A stretch of DNA of 64,000 nucleotides, from NCBI GenBank assembly GCA_038231275.1, contig JBBRLQ010000001.1, forward strand, positions 512,001-576,000. Reading direction: 5' to 3'. The notes beneath the pieces are model-generated. The model made no database searches and was not told the DNA's origin. It worked only from the letters and a program-made list of their open reading frames with translations. Positions within the stretch are counted from its first letter, which is position 1. Every line of letters begins with the position of its first letter. Shown in pieces: positions 9,506 to 19,256 of this stretch. A program made the translations under genes and the position numbers. The stretch comes from Polyangiales bacterium (GTDB lineage: Bacteria; Myxococcota_A; Polyangia; Polyangiales; Polyangiaceae).

Positions 9506-10522
9506 ATGCAGCTGTCTCAGGTGCGCCTGGTCGGCGTGGGGCCCTTCGAGGACCTCACCGTCCGCCTCGGTGACGACGAGGGGGCGCTGCGTCGGCTCAC
9601 GGTGGTCCTCGGAGCGGGTGGCGTCGGCAAGACGTCCCTCCTCGCGTCGATCGCGTCGACGCGCCCTGGCTCGTCGGTGCCGGTTCGTCCGCGCCTGGGA
9701 CAAACCGGAGCGGCGTTCGTGGTCGCCGACTGGATCCTGGGCGACGACGATCCGGCGCGGCCTCACCCGCTGCGCGTGACGAGCCCCAACGCCGTGCTCG
9801 AGGAGCGCGAGGACGAGGCGGTGCTCCGTCGGCGCGAGCAAGCGCTGTTCGATCGCCGCGCCACCGAGGGAGGCTTCGTCCTGGTCGGCTTCTCCGCGAT
9901 GCGTTCGCTGCCGCGCGCGCCTCTGTCGCTCGCGCCGGGCGAGCGCGCGTCGGTAGGGAGGTACGACGCGCGCGCGAACGTGACGTTCGACGACGCCTCA
10001 CGCGCCGACGTCGCGCGCGAGACGAAGCAAGCGCTCGCGGTCGGATCGGTGCGCGCGTCTCTCGGCGGCCCGCGGGCGCTCGACGACGCCCTGCGCGAGG
10101 TCACGACGGCGCTCCAGCCTTTGACTGGCTGCGCGTTCGAGGGGGCCGATCCCTCCACGTTCGAGCCGATGTTCGACACCGGCGGCGTCACGAGGGCGTC
10201 GTTCGACGAGCTCCCGGCGAGCGCGCGCGGGGTCCTCGCGTTCGGGGTCCTCACGGCGCGCGCCCTCCACGCGGCGTATCCGGCGAAGCCGCCGCGCGCG
10301 TCGGAGGGCGTCGTCCTCATCGACGAGGTCGAGCTCCATCAAGAGCCGGAGATCGCGCGCGCGATCGTGCCGGCCCTCACGCGTCTGTTCCCTCGCGTGC
10401 AGTGGGTCGTGAGCACGCAGCAGCCGGCGGTCGCGCGCGCGTGCGAGTCCGAGGCCGTGCTCGCTCTCCGGCGAATGCCGAGCTCGTCGCGCGTGGAGCT
10501 CTTCGCGGGGACGATTCACTGA
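9506..10522 (+). CDS. ABC/AAA_21-type ATPase-like protein, degenerate
   Basis: N-terminal 'LVGVGPFEDL', Walker A GAGGVGKTS, Walker B VLIDEVELH; H-loop position reads STQQP. Confidence 0.7.
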   Translation: MQLSQVRLVGVGPFEDLTVRLGDDEGALRRLTVVLGAGGVGKTSLLASIASTRPGSSVPVRPRLGQTGAAFVVADWILGDDDPARPHPLRVTSPNAVLEEREDEAVLRRREQALFDRRATEGGFVLVGFSAMRSLPRAPLSLAPGERASVGRYDARANVTFDDASRADVARETKQALAVGSVRASLGGPRALDDALREVTTALQPLTGCAFEGADPSTFEPMFDTGGVTRASFDELPASARGVLAFGVLTARALHAAYPAKPPRASEGVVLIDEVELHQEPEIARAIVPALTRLFPRVQWVVSTQQPAVARACESEAVLALRRMPSSSRVELFAGTIH

Positions 10523-10553
10523 GTGGAGCGAAGCGCAGCGGAGCGAAACGCTC
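10520..10553 (+). repeat. REP-like repeat copy 1
   Basis: TGAGTGGAGCGAAGCGCAGCGGAGCGAAACGCTC; near-identical copies at 12576 and 58499-58529 (minus). Confidence 0.85.
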
Positions 10554-10590
10554 GTGGGGGCAGCCAGGTCGCGCACCCGATAAGGATCGT

Positions 10591-11550
10591 TCAGGGCCCC
10601 CACCAAAGAAGCTCGTGCGTCTCGACGCGCTTGTCGACGCTGACGATGACCTCGAGCTTCGCGCCGTCCTCGCTCGCCCGCACGATCGGCTCGGGGAACG
10701 CGTCCGAGGGCCAGTACGCCGCCTTCTCGAAGCCCGCCGCGGTGAGCCAATAGAGGTAGAGCCCCTTCTCGCCGGGCCCGTACACGAGGAGCATCCGACC
10801 GCCGCCGAGCCAGAGGAAATCGAGCCACTTGAAGCCTAGCTCGGCGAACCGCTCGGGGCTCGGGAAGTGCTCGCCGACGTCGCGAAGCTCGGGCAAATGG
10901 GCCTTCAAGTGCTTGTAGAATACATCGTACCGGGCCGACTTCGCGATGCGCGGGAGACGGCGGTCGGGCGGGGCGATGACGGGCAGCGCCTCGGGCGTCG
11001 CGCAGGGGATCTCGACGAGGGCGCGGTAGCGATCGGCGAGGGTCGCCTGCGCGTCGGGCGCGTCGTCGGCGAGCGAGCGCAGCCACCAGTGGAAGACCGC
11101 GAGGTCGGCCTCACCGGCGCGTGACGACAGATGAACGAGGCTCTCCCATAGCGGTCGCCGCACGCGCCACGATCCGCCGTGCGCCGCGACGATGCACGCG
11201 CCCACGTACGCCGCGCCGTGTACGACCGCATTGAAGAGGGCGCTTGCAGGATCACCGGCCGCGCCCAGCGCCCGCCATCGATCGCGCGTCGCCGGCGTGA
11301 GGGCCGCGCTCAGGCGGTGGACGCTGGCGTCCGTGCGATCGAGGAGCGGCGCGTCGTCGCCGAAGAGCGCAGGCGCGTTGGCCACGAACGCGTCGGCCGC
11401 CTCTTCGAGGTGCCGCACGAACGACGGGTTGTTCGCGGGGTTCGCGTCGGTCCTCCGCGCACGCGCGAGGTCCTCGCGCGCGTCGGGCGGGGTGAGCGGG
11501 AGAAAGTAGTCGCGAAGGAGCGACTCCGCGGTGACCTTCGGGGACGACAC
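10591..11550 (-). CDS. Hypothetical protein
   Basis: 319-aa ORF with GC-typical codon usage and aromatic-rich globular composition. Confidence 0.75.
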   Translation of the reverse strand: MSSPKVTAESLLRDYFLPLTPPDAREDLARARRTDANPANNPSFVRHLEEAADAFVANAPALFGDDAPLLDRTDASVHRLSAALTPATRDRWRALGAAGDPASALFNAVVHGAAYVGACIVAAHGGSWRVRRPLWESLVHLSSRAGEADLAVFHWWLRSLADDAPDAQATLADRYRALVEIPCATPEALPVIAPPDRRLPRIAKSARYDVFYKHLKAHLPELRDVGEHFPSPERFAELGFKWLDFLWLGGGRMLLVYGPGEKGLYLYWLTAAGFEKAAYWPSDAFPEPIVRASEDGAKLEVIVSVDKRVETHELLWWGP

Positions 11551-11582
11551 CGGCGTGTGCCTACCACACCGCGCGGCTCCTA

Positions 11583-12578
11583 GTGTACCTTCCCCCCGTG
11601 TTCACGACCGACGTGCGCTTCGAAGGGTGGACGACGGAGGCGTGGCAGCGCTTCCTCCACCTCTGGAAGCCCCGCGCGTCGCCCGATCGCGAGCCGACGC
11701 GTCCCCGCGGAGGAGTCTTCGCGATCCACGAGGCGGGGCGACTCCGGAAGCTCCTCCACACGCGCACCGGTCGCCTCGATTTGCAGGCCACGGCGTGGCC
11801 GGTGCCGCTCTCCGAGCTCTGCGCGCAGCACCACGCGAGCTGGGCGCTCGCCGGTCACGCCGGCGCGCTCGAGGAGATCATGGAGCGCTTCGGCGCGCGG
11901 GCGAAGCGCGCCGACGATCTCGTGGCGCAGTCGCTCACGCTCGTGCAGATCGCGCGCGAGATGATGATCGAGGGGGCCATCGAGGTGTGGCCCGTGCGCC
12001 TCCACGGCATCCCGCCGCCCAGCGAGCCGATGGTGCGCCGCGCGATGGATGCACTCTGCACGGATGGAAAATGCATCGCCCTCGGCATGTTCAAGGACGG
12101 CGACCTGTGGACCGCCTTCGTCGCGCGCCGCCGTGGCGCGGGCTTCGACGTCGTCGCCGGGCCGGACGAGCTACGTCATCACATGGGCCTCCTCTCCGGC
12201 GACTGGCGGCGCGACTACCGGCACCTCGTTCGCGCGGTCGAAGACGCGTATGCGCCGCTCTCGTTCGGGTGCTTCGCGGAGGTCGACACGTTCCGCGCGC
12301 TTCAAGTCGACGCGCGACCCGGCGCGTGGGGGCGCGCGGTGGCGGTGCGCGACATCGTGCTGTCGCCGATCCCGACCGCGGTCGGCCTTGCGCTCGGCGT
12401 CGACGGCGCGCGCTACGCGTTCGAAAATCTGAAGCGCGTCACCGGCCGCATCGGCCTCCTCGATCCGGTGCTCGCGTCGATGCGCGCACACCTCGGGAGC
12501 GCGGCCGGCGAGAAGGACGTGTCGAACGTGCTGGGCTTCGACCCCATGCACGCGCTCCGGCAGCTCTTGCGGCGCTGA
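11583..12578 (+). CDS. Hypothetical protein
   Basis: 331-aa ORF with protein-like composition; exact start uncertain. Confidence 0.78.
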   Translation: MYLPPVFTTDVRFEGWTTEAWQRFLHLWKPRASPDREPTRPRGGVFAIHEAGRLRKLLHTRTGRLDLQATAWPVPLSELCAQHHASWALAGHAGALEEIMERFGARAKRADDLVAQSLTLVQIAREMMIEGAIEVWPVRLHGIPPPSEPMVRRAMDALCTDGKCIALGMFKDGDLWTAFVARRRGAGFDVVAGPDELRHHMGLLSGDWRRDYRHLVRAVEDAYAPLSFGCFAEVDTFRALQVDARPGAWGRAVAVRDIVLSPIPTAVGLALGVDGARYAFENLKRVTGRIGLLDPVLASMRAHLGSAAGEKDVSNVLGFDPMHALRQLLRR

Positions 12579-12609
12579 GTGGAGCGAAGCGCAGCGGAGC
12601 GAGACGCTC
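12576..12609 (+). repeat. REP-like repeat copy 2
   Basis: TGAGTGGAGCGAAGCGCAGCGGAGCGAGACGCTC starting at the stop codon of the upstream gene. Confidence 0.85.
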
Positions 12610-12626
12610 CTGGGCTCCTGGAGCCG

Positions 12627-13109
12627 TCAGCCGGCGTCGGTGTCGGCGTCGGTGATTGCGGAGTCGCTCGCGTCGTCGTTCGCGTCGACGCCGGCGTCCG
12701 CCGGGCCCGCATCGGGCGGCGGCGTCACGTCCGCGCCGGTGTCGGCGGGTCCGCCCTCGGAGACCCCGCCGTCGGCGAGGCACGACGGACCCGCGGTGAA
12801 CGCGTCCATCGCGCGTACGCAGTCCGGATCGCTGCCGGACACGTCGAAGAACGGCGGGTACGGCTCACACTCGGTGCCGACGAAGATCGCACGATCGCCG
12901 CCGTCCCCGGTCGTCGCGACGAGGCAAACGAGCGCGCAGAGCCCGCCCGGCTCCGTCCCGTCGACGACGTCGAGCGAGGAGATCGGGTCGACGCACCCGC
13001 GCGCGCGATCGAAGCGGCGCGCCGGGTAGATGTGCGACGTCGAGCCGCACGCCACCGCGATCAGGATCGCGAGCCCCAGCGCGACGCAGCCGACGCCGAG
13101 CCGCCTCAT
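12627..13109 (-). CDS. Cys-containing lipoprotein with an acidic low-complexity tail
   Basis: Lipobox IAVAC; overlaps the aspS stop (ATGA). Confidence 0.7.
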   Translation of the reverse strand: MRRLGVGCVALGLAILIAVACGSTSHIYPARRFDRARGCVDPISSLDVVDGTEPGGLCALVCLVATTGDGGDRAIFVGTECEPYPPFFDVSGSDPDCVRAMDAFTAGPSCLADGGVSEGGPADTGADVTPPPDAGPADAGVDANDDASDSAITDADTDAG

Positions 13110-14998
13110 TGCGGAGGCTCGATCACCTTGATTTTGAGCTCGACGAGCTGCTCGGGCGACGCCTTGCTCGGCGCGTCGGTCATCAGATCCGTGCCCTTCT
13201 GCGTCTTGGGGAACGGGATGACGTCACGCAGGCTGTCGGCGCCCGACAGGAGCATCGCCAGGCGATCCATGCCGATCGCGATCCCGCCGTGCGGCGGCGC
13301 GCCGAAGCGCAGCGCGTCGAGGAGGAAGCCGAATTTGGCGCGCGCGTCATCGTCGGAGATGCCGAGCGCGCGGAAGACCTTGGACTGCACCGCCGGATCG
13401 TGGAGGCGGATCGATCCACCGCCGATCTCGAAGCCGTTCAAGACGAGGTCGTAGCGGTAGCAGAGGACCTTGCCGGGATCCTTGTCGAGGAGATCGACGC
13501 ACTCGTCGTGCGGGCGCGTGAAGGCGTGGTGGGCGGCGGCCCAGGTCTTCTTGTCGTCGTCGTACTCGAAGAGCGGCGGGTTCACGACCCACAGGAAGTT
13601 CCATTTGCCGCCGTGGCCGACCTCGGGGATGAGGCCGAGCCGCTTGGCGAGGTGGACGCGCAGGTTCGCCATCACCGTCTGGACGGTGCTCTCCTTGCCG
13701 AACTGGAAGAGGAGCAAGTCGCCGCTCTCGGCCTTCGTCGCGGCATTGATCGCGTCGCGCAGCTCCGGCGTGATCGTCTTGGCGAGCGGTGACTGCGTCC
13801 ACTGCAGGGTGCCGTCCTTGCCGTCGATCTTCGCGCGCGCGAGCCCCTTGGCCCCCATGCCCTTGACGTACTCTTCGAGCTTGTCGATCTCCGTGCGCGA
13901 GAGCTTCGACGCGTGCTCGGCGGGGATGCGCAGCGCCTTGACGATCTCGGCGGGAAGATCCGCGCGGTACTGGCCGCTCTTGAATTTCTCGGCGATGGGC
14001 TGAAAGAAGGGGATGCCGCCGCCGCCCTGCGCGACGACGATCGCCGTGAGATCGGTGTGCGGCATGCCGAAGCGCAAGTCCGGCTTGTCGTTGCCGTAAT
14101 TTCCCATCGACTCTTCGAACGGCATCTGCGGGAAGCGGCCGCTCGGATAGAGCTCGTGGAGATCCACCCCGAGGACCTCCTTCCACACCTTGAAGATGAG
14201 GCCTTCCATGACGCGGAAGACGTCGTCCTGGTTCACGAACGACATCTCGACGTCGATCTGCGTGAACTCGGGCTGGCGATCGACGCGGAGATCCTCGTCG
14301 CGGAAGCATTTGACGATCTGGAAGTACCGATCGAAGCCGGCCACCATGTAGAGCTGCTTGAAGAGCTGCGGGCTCTCCGCGAGGGCGAAGAATTTGCCCG
14401 GGTTCATCCGGCTGGGGACGAGGAAGTTGCGGGCGCCGCCTGGCGTGTACTTCACCATCACGGGCGTCTCGAGCTCGAGGAAGCCGGCGTCGTCGAAGTA
14501 GCGCCGCGTCGTCTGGTGGATGCGGTGGCGAACGCGGAGGGTCTTCTGGAGCGGGGCGCGGCGAAGGTCGAGGTAGCGGTACTGGAGGCGCTTCTCTTCG
14601 CCGGTGTCGAGATCGTCGGTGATCTCGAAGGGCGGGGTGTCGGCGCGGTTGAAGACGTTGAGCTCGACCACGCGGATTTCGATCTCACCGGTCGGGAGGC
14701 GAGGGTTCTTGTTCCCGCCGCGCCCGACGACGATGCCGCGGACGCCGATGACCCACTCGCTGCGGAGCGCCTGCGCGGCGTCGTGCGCGGCCTTCGGCGC
14801 GTCGCCGTGGCCCTTCATGTCGGGATCGAAGACGAGCTGGGTGATGCCCTCGCGGTCCCGGAGATCGACGAAGACGCAGCCGCCGTGATCTCGGTAGCTC
14901 GCCACCCAGCCGAAGAGGACGACCTCTTTGCCCTCGTCGCTCGCGCGCAGGGCGGCGCAGTGGTGGGTGCGTTTCAGCTCGTCGATGAACCTGGCCAC
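13106..14998 (-). CDS. aspS: Aspartate--tRNA ligase
   Basis: RTHHC, RDHGG..FVDLRD, LQYRYLDLRR, CFRDEDLR.DRQPEFTQID, GGGSIR, PPHGGIA.G.DR; GTG start after GGAGG. The ORF-track extension to 15235 is spurious. Confidence 0.97.
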   Translation of the reverse strand: MARFIDELKRTHHCAALRASDEGKEVVLFGWVASYRDHGGCVFVDLRDREGITQLVFDPDMKGHGDAPKAAHDAAQALRSEWVIGVRGIVVGRGGNKNPRLPTGEIEIRVVELNVFNRADTPPFEITDDLDTGEEKRLQYRYLDLRRAPLQKTLRVRHRIHQTTRRYFDDAGFLELETPVMVKYTPGGARNFLVPSRMNPGKFFALAESPQLFKQLYMVAGFDRYFQIVKCFRDEDLRVDRQPEFTQIDVEMSFVNQDDVFRVMEGLIFKVWKEVLGVDLHELYPSGRFPQMPFEESMGNYGNDKPDLRFGMPHTDLTAIVVAQGGGGIPFFQPIAEKFKSGQYRADLPAEIVKALRIPAEHASKLSRTEIDKLEEYVKGMGAKGLARAKIDGKDGTLQWTQSPLAKTITPELRDAINAATKAESGDLLLFQFGKESTVQTVMANLRVHLAKRLGLIPEVGHGGKWNFLWVVNPPLFEYDDDKKTWAAAHHAFTRPHDECVDLLDKDPGKVLCYRYDLVLNGFEIGGGSIRLHDPAVQSKVFRALGISDDDARAKFGFLLDALRFGAPPHGGIAIGMDRLAMLLSGADSLRDVIPFPKTQKGTDLMTDAPSKASPEQLVELKIKVIEPPQ

Positions 14999-15091
14999 GA
15001 GACCTCCGCAAGGAACGTTGGGGGCACGGATGCTACCACCGCGCGGCTCCGAATTCTGTACCCCTCCGCCGCGGCGTCGTAAGACGGCCTT

Positions 15092-16918
15092 GTGGCATCT
15101 GCGCGCGCCGGAACGCCTCGCTCGTCCGAAGGCGGGCCGTCCGAGCGGGTCATCGGCGCGGCGCGCGCGGCGAGCGTGCTCCTTCCAGCGATCCTCGCGG
15201 CGGCGCACGTCGATCACGTCCCCGACGCGGCGCACGATCTCGGCGTCGCGCGGGTCGTCGGCCTCGGGTGGACCGGCGCGCTGCGCGGTCTCGACGTGCT
15301 CGCGGGGACGGCGTTCGCGTGGCTGCCGATTGGGACCCGCGCGTTTCGGGTGGGGCTCGCGTCGGCCGTGCTGTGCGGCGTCGGGGCCGGGCTCGTCTTC
15401 GAGCTCGGGTGGGCGCTCGTCTCGAGCGTGGCGCCGCGCGCGACGCGGTTGGGCCCCGCCGCGGCGGCGGTCGCTGCGCTCACCTGTGGCCTCTCGGTGG
15501 CGTGGCAGCTCGAGGCGGCGAGCGCGGGCACGCCGATCCTCGGCGCGATCCTCGTCCTCGGACCGCTCGTCGCGCTCGCGCGTGCGAAGAGCGTGCAGGA
15601 TGCACCGATCGCGACGATCGGGCTATTTTTAGGGCTCGCCGCGACCTACGAACCCCTGGTCGGGCTGGCGGCGTTTCTCTCCACGGCGGCCTTCGCGACG
15701 CTCGGCGGACGCGCGGAAGGGCTCGTCGCGAAGGAGCACGTTCGCAAGCTCGCGCCGCTCGCCTTCGCGGCAGCCGGCATCGCGCCCCTGGCGTTCGCGT
15801 TCTTGCGCGCACGCCATGACCCGCTCCTGGTCTTGCCGCGTCCGCCGCTCGCTTCCTTGCTCGGGGAGGCGGGCGCGTCGCCGCGGGGTTCGCCGATCGG
15901 GCTCGTGCACGCGGAGCTCGGGTTGGCGCTCGTGGTGCTGGCGGTCTTTGGACTGGTGCTCGCCGCGCGGTCGCCGAAGGGTCGACCGCTCGCGGCGGGG
16001 CTCTTCGCGATCGCGGCGGTGGGCTTCGCGGGTGCGGCCGTAGGTGCGCCCGCCGGGCCGACGCGCTGGGCGGGGCCGGTCCTCGCCGCGCTCGGCGCGC
16101 TCATGGCGCTGGCGGCCCTCGCGATGCAGGCGGTCGTTCGTGTCGTCGCGGATGCGCGCATCCCCTTCGCGCAGGCCAGCGCGGCGATGATCGTGGTCTT
16201 GCTCCTCGCGTTTCCGGCGCGCGTCGCCGACGACGCGTGGGGGCGCGCGGCCGATCGCGGGCGTGGCGGCGCGGTCGCGTGGGAGGAGGCGGCGTGGGGC
16301 GCTCTTCCGTTCGGAGCGGTCGTGCTTCTGGACGATCGGCGCGCGCTCGAGCGCATCGTCGCCGCGCGCGCCACCGGAGCGATGCGCGTCGATCTCGCGA
16401 TCGTGCCGTTCCGCGAGCTCTTGGGTCCGATGGCGTCGCTCGAGATCGCGCGCGAGCCGAAGCTCCAGGCGTTCCTCCGCGACATGGCGCTGGAGGGAGC
16501 GCCCGAGGAGCTGAGCCTCTCGTCGCTCGCCGCGGCGCGCCCGCTGGCGATGACGTTCGATCCGCGGTGGGACAAGCCGCTCTCGCGCCACCTCGTGCCG
16601 GCCGGGATGGTCGCGCGATTCGAGACGGAGCCGCGCGGCTCCAGCGATCGCAAGCGCGCGCTCGATCTCGGCGATGCCGCGCGCGCGCGCTTCGAGCGTC
16701 TCGTCACCCGCCCGCGGGATCTCGAGCTCTGCGCCGCGGCGGCCTCGCTCCTCCGTTCGCGCACCGTCGCGTTCGCGGCCGCAGGCGATCGCGAGGTCGT
16801 CGCGCGGGGCCTCGACGAGCTGAGGCCGTTTGCGCCGGACGACGCTGTGGCGAGCGAGCTGTCGCGTCGCGTCGTCAGCAGCAAGGGCGGCATCGAGGTG
16901 AAGGATCTTCACCCCTAG
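15092..16918 (+). CDS. Polytopic membrane protein (DUF2723/TMEM260-like, tentative)
   Basis: Many TM segments; LPIGTRAFRVGLASA resembles the DUF2723 motif; soluble C-terminal domain. Confidence 0.6.
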   Translation: MASARAGTPRSSEGGPSERVIGAARAASVLLPAILAAAHVDHVPDAAHDLGVARVVGLGWTGALRGLDVLAGTAFAWLPIGTRAFRVGLASAVLCGVGAGLVFELGWALVSSVAPRATRLGPAAAAVAALTCGLSVAWQLEAASAGTPILGAILVLGPLVALARAKSVQDAPIATIGLFLGLAATYEPLVGLAAFLSTAAFATLGGRAEGLVAKEHVRKLAPLAFAAAGIAPLAFAFLRARHDPLLVLPRPPLASLLGEAGASPRGSPIGLVHAELGLALVVLAVFGLVLAARSPKGRPLAAGLFAIAAVGFAGAAVGAPAGPTRWAGPVLAALGALMALAALAMQAVVRVVADARIPFAQASAAMIVVLLLAFPARVADDAWGRAADRGRGGAVAWEEAAWGALPFGAVVLLDDRRALERIVAARATGAMRVDLAIVPFRELLGPMASLEIAREPKLQAFLRDMALEGAPEELSLSSLAAARPLAMTFDPRWDKPLSRHLVPAGMVARFETEPRGSSDRKRALDLGDAARARFERLVTRPRDLELCAAAASLLRSRTVAFAAAGDREVVARGLDELRPFAPDDAVASELSRRVVSSKGGIEVKDLHP

Positions 16919-16953
16919 TTGCATGGCCGGCGTAAAAGAGTAATACATACTTT

Positions 16954-17772
16954 ATGTCACTTCAGGAGATCGCCGCCGAGACCGTCCGAATCGTCGACGC
17001 CGGCATGTATCGCGCGCCTTCGGGCCGTGACGTCCGGATCGACGCGCTCGTCGCCGCCGCCGAACGAGGCACCGCGCTGGTGCGACCGGGCGAGACGGAC
17101 GAGGTCGCGTTCGAGGCCCGCGCAGGAAAATGCGAGATCGAAGTGGTGCCGGAGACGACCGCGAAGGCCGCGCGCCGGCTCGTCCTGGCCGGGCATCCGC
17201 GCGTCGCGGCGCTGAACTTCGCGTCCGCCACGAACCCGGGCGGCGGCTTCCTCGGTGGCGCGATCGCCCAAGAGGAAGACCTGGCGCGTGCTTCGGCCCT
17301 CTACAAGTGCCTCCTCGCGCAGCCCGCGTACTACGCCGTGCACCGCAAGAGCCCGTCGCCGATCTACACCGACCACCTCGTCTACTCGCCCGACGTCCCG
17401 TTCTTCCGGGACCACGAGCTGACGTTGATCGAGGAGCCGTTCACCGTCTCGATCCTGACCGCCGCCGCGCCGAACGCAGGCGAGGCGCTCGCGGTCGACG
17501 TCAACGCCGCGCCCGCGATCGCAGCGGCGCTCGAGAAACGTGCGCGCGTGGTGCTCGACGTCGCGGCTGCGCGTGGGCACAGGGTCCTTGTCCTCGGCGC
17601 GTGGGGCTGCGGCGTGTTCCGGAACGATCCGGCGCAGGTCGCCAACATCTTCGCGCATTGGCTCGAGCACGCGCGGTTTCGCGGCGCCTTCGAGCGCGTC
17701 GTTTTCGCGATCTACGACCGCGCGCTCCGCCAGCCGAGCCTCACCGCGTTCCGCGATCGCTTTTCCGACTAG
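16954..17772 (+). CDS. TIGR02452-family bacterial PARG (macrodomain ADP-ribose glycohydrolase)
   Basis: LNFASATNPGGGFLGGAIAQEEDL (GGG-x-QEE), YSPDVPFFRD, LGAWGCGVFRNDP. Confidence 0.92.
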   Translation: MSLQEIAAETVRIVDAGMYRAPSGRDVRIDALVAAAERGTALVRPGETDEVAFEARAGKCEIEVVPETTAKAARRLVLAGHPRVAALNFASATNPGGGFLGGAIAQEEDLARASALYKCLLAQPAYYAVHRKSPSPIYTDHLVYSPDVPFFRDHELTLIEEPFTVSILTAAAPNAGEALAVDVNAAPAIAAALEKRARVVLDVAAARGHRVLVLGAWGCGVFRNDPAQVANIFAHWLEHARFRGAFERVVFAIYDRALRQPSLTAFRDRFSD

Positions 17773-17805
17773 CCGCACCGGGTGCACGGTGGGAACATCG
17801 CGCGC

Positions 17806-19188
17806 ATGATTGGTGCCATCGACGTGAAGCAGCTCCGCGCGCTCTTCCAGCAGCGCGGCATCAAGAAGGTCAAGGTGGGCGGCTTCGACATCGACGGTGT
17901 CCTCCGCGGAAAATACGCGAGCCTCGACAAGTTCTGGAGCATGGTGGAGAGCGGCTTCGGCTTCTGCGACGTCATCTTCGGGTGGGACATCGCCGACGTC
18001 CTCTACGACAACGCGAAGGTCACGGGCTGGGCCACCGGCTATCCCGACACGCACGCGCGCGTCGACCTCTCGACGTTCCGCGTCATCCCGCACGAGCCCG
18101 ACACAGCCGCGTTCCTCGTCGACTTCGTGACCGAGGACGGCGCGCCGCATCCGGCGTGCCCGCGCGGCCTCCTCAAGTCCATCCTCGCGAAGGCGAAGGG
18201 CATGGGCTACTCGGCGACGTTCGCGACCGAGTTCGAGTTCTTCGTCTTCAAGGAGACGCCCGAGTCGCTGCGCCAGAAGGGCTTCCGCAACATGACGCCG
18301 CTCTCGCCCGGCATGTTCGGCTACTCGTGGCTGCGCGAAGGGCAAAATAGCGATTTTTGCCGAGCGATCTGGGACGAATCGGAGGCGTTCGACATCCCGA
18401 TCGAGGCGCTCCACACCGAGACCGGGCCCGGCGTGTACGAGGTCGCGCTGCGGTACGACGAGGCGCTGCGCATGGCGGACAAGGCCGCGCTCTTCAAGAC
18501 GCACCTGAAGCAGCTGTGCACCCGGCGCGGCCTGCAAGCCACGTTCATGGCGAAGTGGAACGAGAGCCTGCCCGGCTCGAGCGGCCACCTCCATCAGTCG
18601 CTCTGGAGCGGGGACGGCGCGAAGAAGAAGAAGACGAACGTTTTTTACGACGCGAAGAGCCCGAAGGACTTGTCGGCCCTCGCGAAGAATTACCTCGGCG
18701 GCCAGCTCGCGCTCATGCCCGAGCTCACCGCGCTCTACGCGCCGACGATCAACAGCTACAAGCGCTACGTGCCCGGCGTGTGGGCGCCGCTCACCGCCTC
18801 GTGGGGGCTCGAGAACCGCACATGCGCGATCCGCGCGATCTTGGGCGGCGCGGCCGGCACACGTCTCGAGTACCGGCAGACGGCGGCGGACATCAACCCG
18901 TACATCGCGATCGCGACGTGCCTCGCCGCGGGACTCTGGGGCGTCGAGAAGAAGATCACGCCGTCGAAGGCCTCGAAGGGGGACGCGTCACGCGCGGACG
19001 ACGCCGCCGCCGCGCTGCCGCGCACGCTAAAAGAGGCGACCGAGCGCCTCGCCGCGAGCAAGGGCGCGCGAGCGATCCTGGGCGCTCCGTTCGTCGACCA
19101 CTTCGTCCGGACGCGCGAATGGGAAGTGCGGCAATACGAGCGCGTCGTCACCGAGTGGGAGCTCGCGCGATATTTCGAGTCGATCTGA
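17806..19188 (+). CDS. Glutamine synthetase-like gamma-glutamyl ligase (PuuA/GlnA4-like)
   Basis: DIDGVLRGK, EFEFF, HTETGPGVYE, TFMAK, GSSGHLHQSLW, NSYKR, WGLENRT. Confidence 0.9.
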   Translation: MIGAIDVKQLRALFQQRGIKKVKVGGFDIDGVLRGKYASLDKFWSMVESGFGFCDVIFGWDIADVLYDNAKVTGWATGYPDTHARVDLSTFRVIPHEPDTAAFLVDFVTEDGAPHPACPRGLLKSILAKAKGMGYSATFATEFEFFVFKETPESLRQKGFRNMTPLSPGMFGYSWLREGQNSDFCRAIWDESEAFDIPIEALHTETGPGVYEVALRYDEALRMADKAALFKTHLKQLCTRRGLQATFMAKWNESLPGSSGHLHQSLWSGDGAKKKKTNVFYDAKSPKDLSALAKNYLGGQLALMPELTALYAPTINSYKRYVPGVWAPLTASWGLENRTCAIRAILGGAAGTRLEYRQTAADINPYIAIATCLAAGLWGVEKKITPSKASKGDASRADDAAAALPRTLKEATERLAASKGARAILGAPFVDHFVRTREWEVRQYERVVTEWELARYFESI

Positions 19189-19256
19189 TCGTCGTTCTAT
19201 ACCCCGCCGGAATTGTTCGGCGTGCGCGGGCGTCCGGGGTTACCCTCGTGCCGCGC

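Noticed and set aside
14999-15235. Extended N-terminus of aspS
   Set aside because: Homology starts at the GTG at 14998, which has a GGAGG RBS; the extension overlaps the divergent gene
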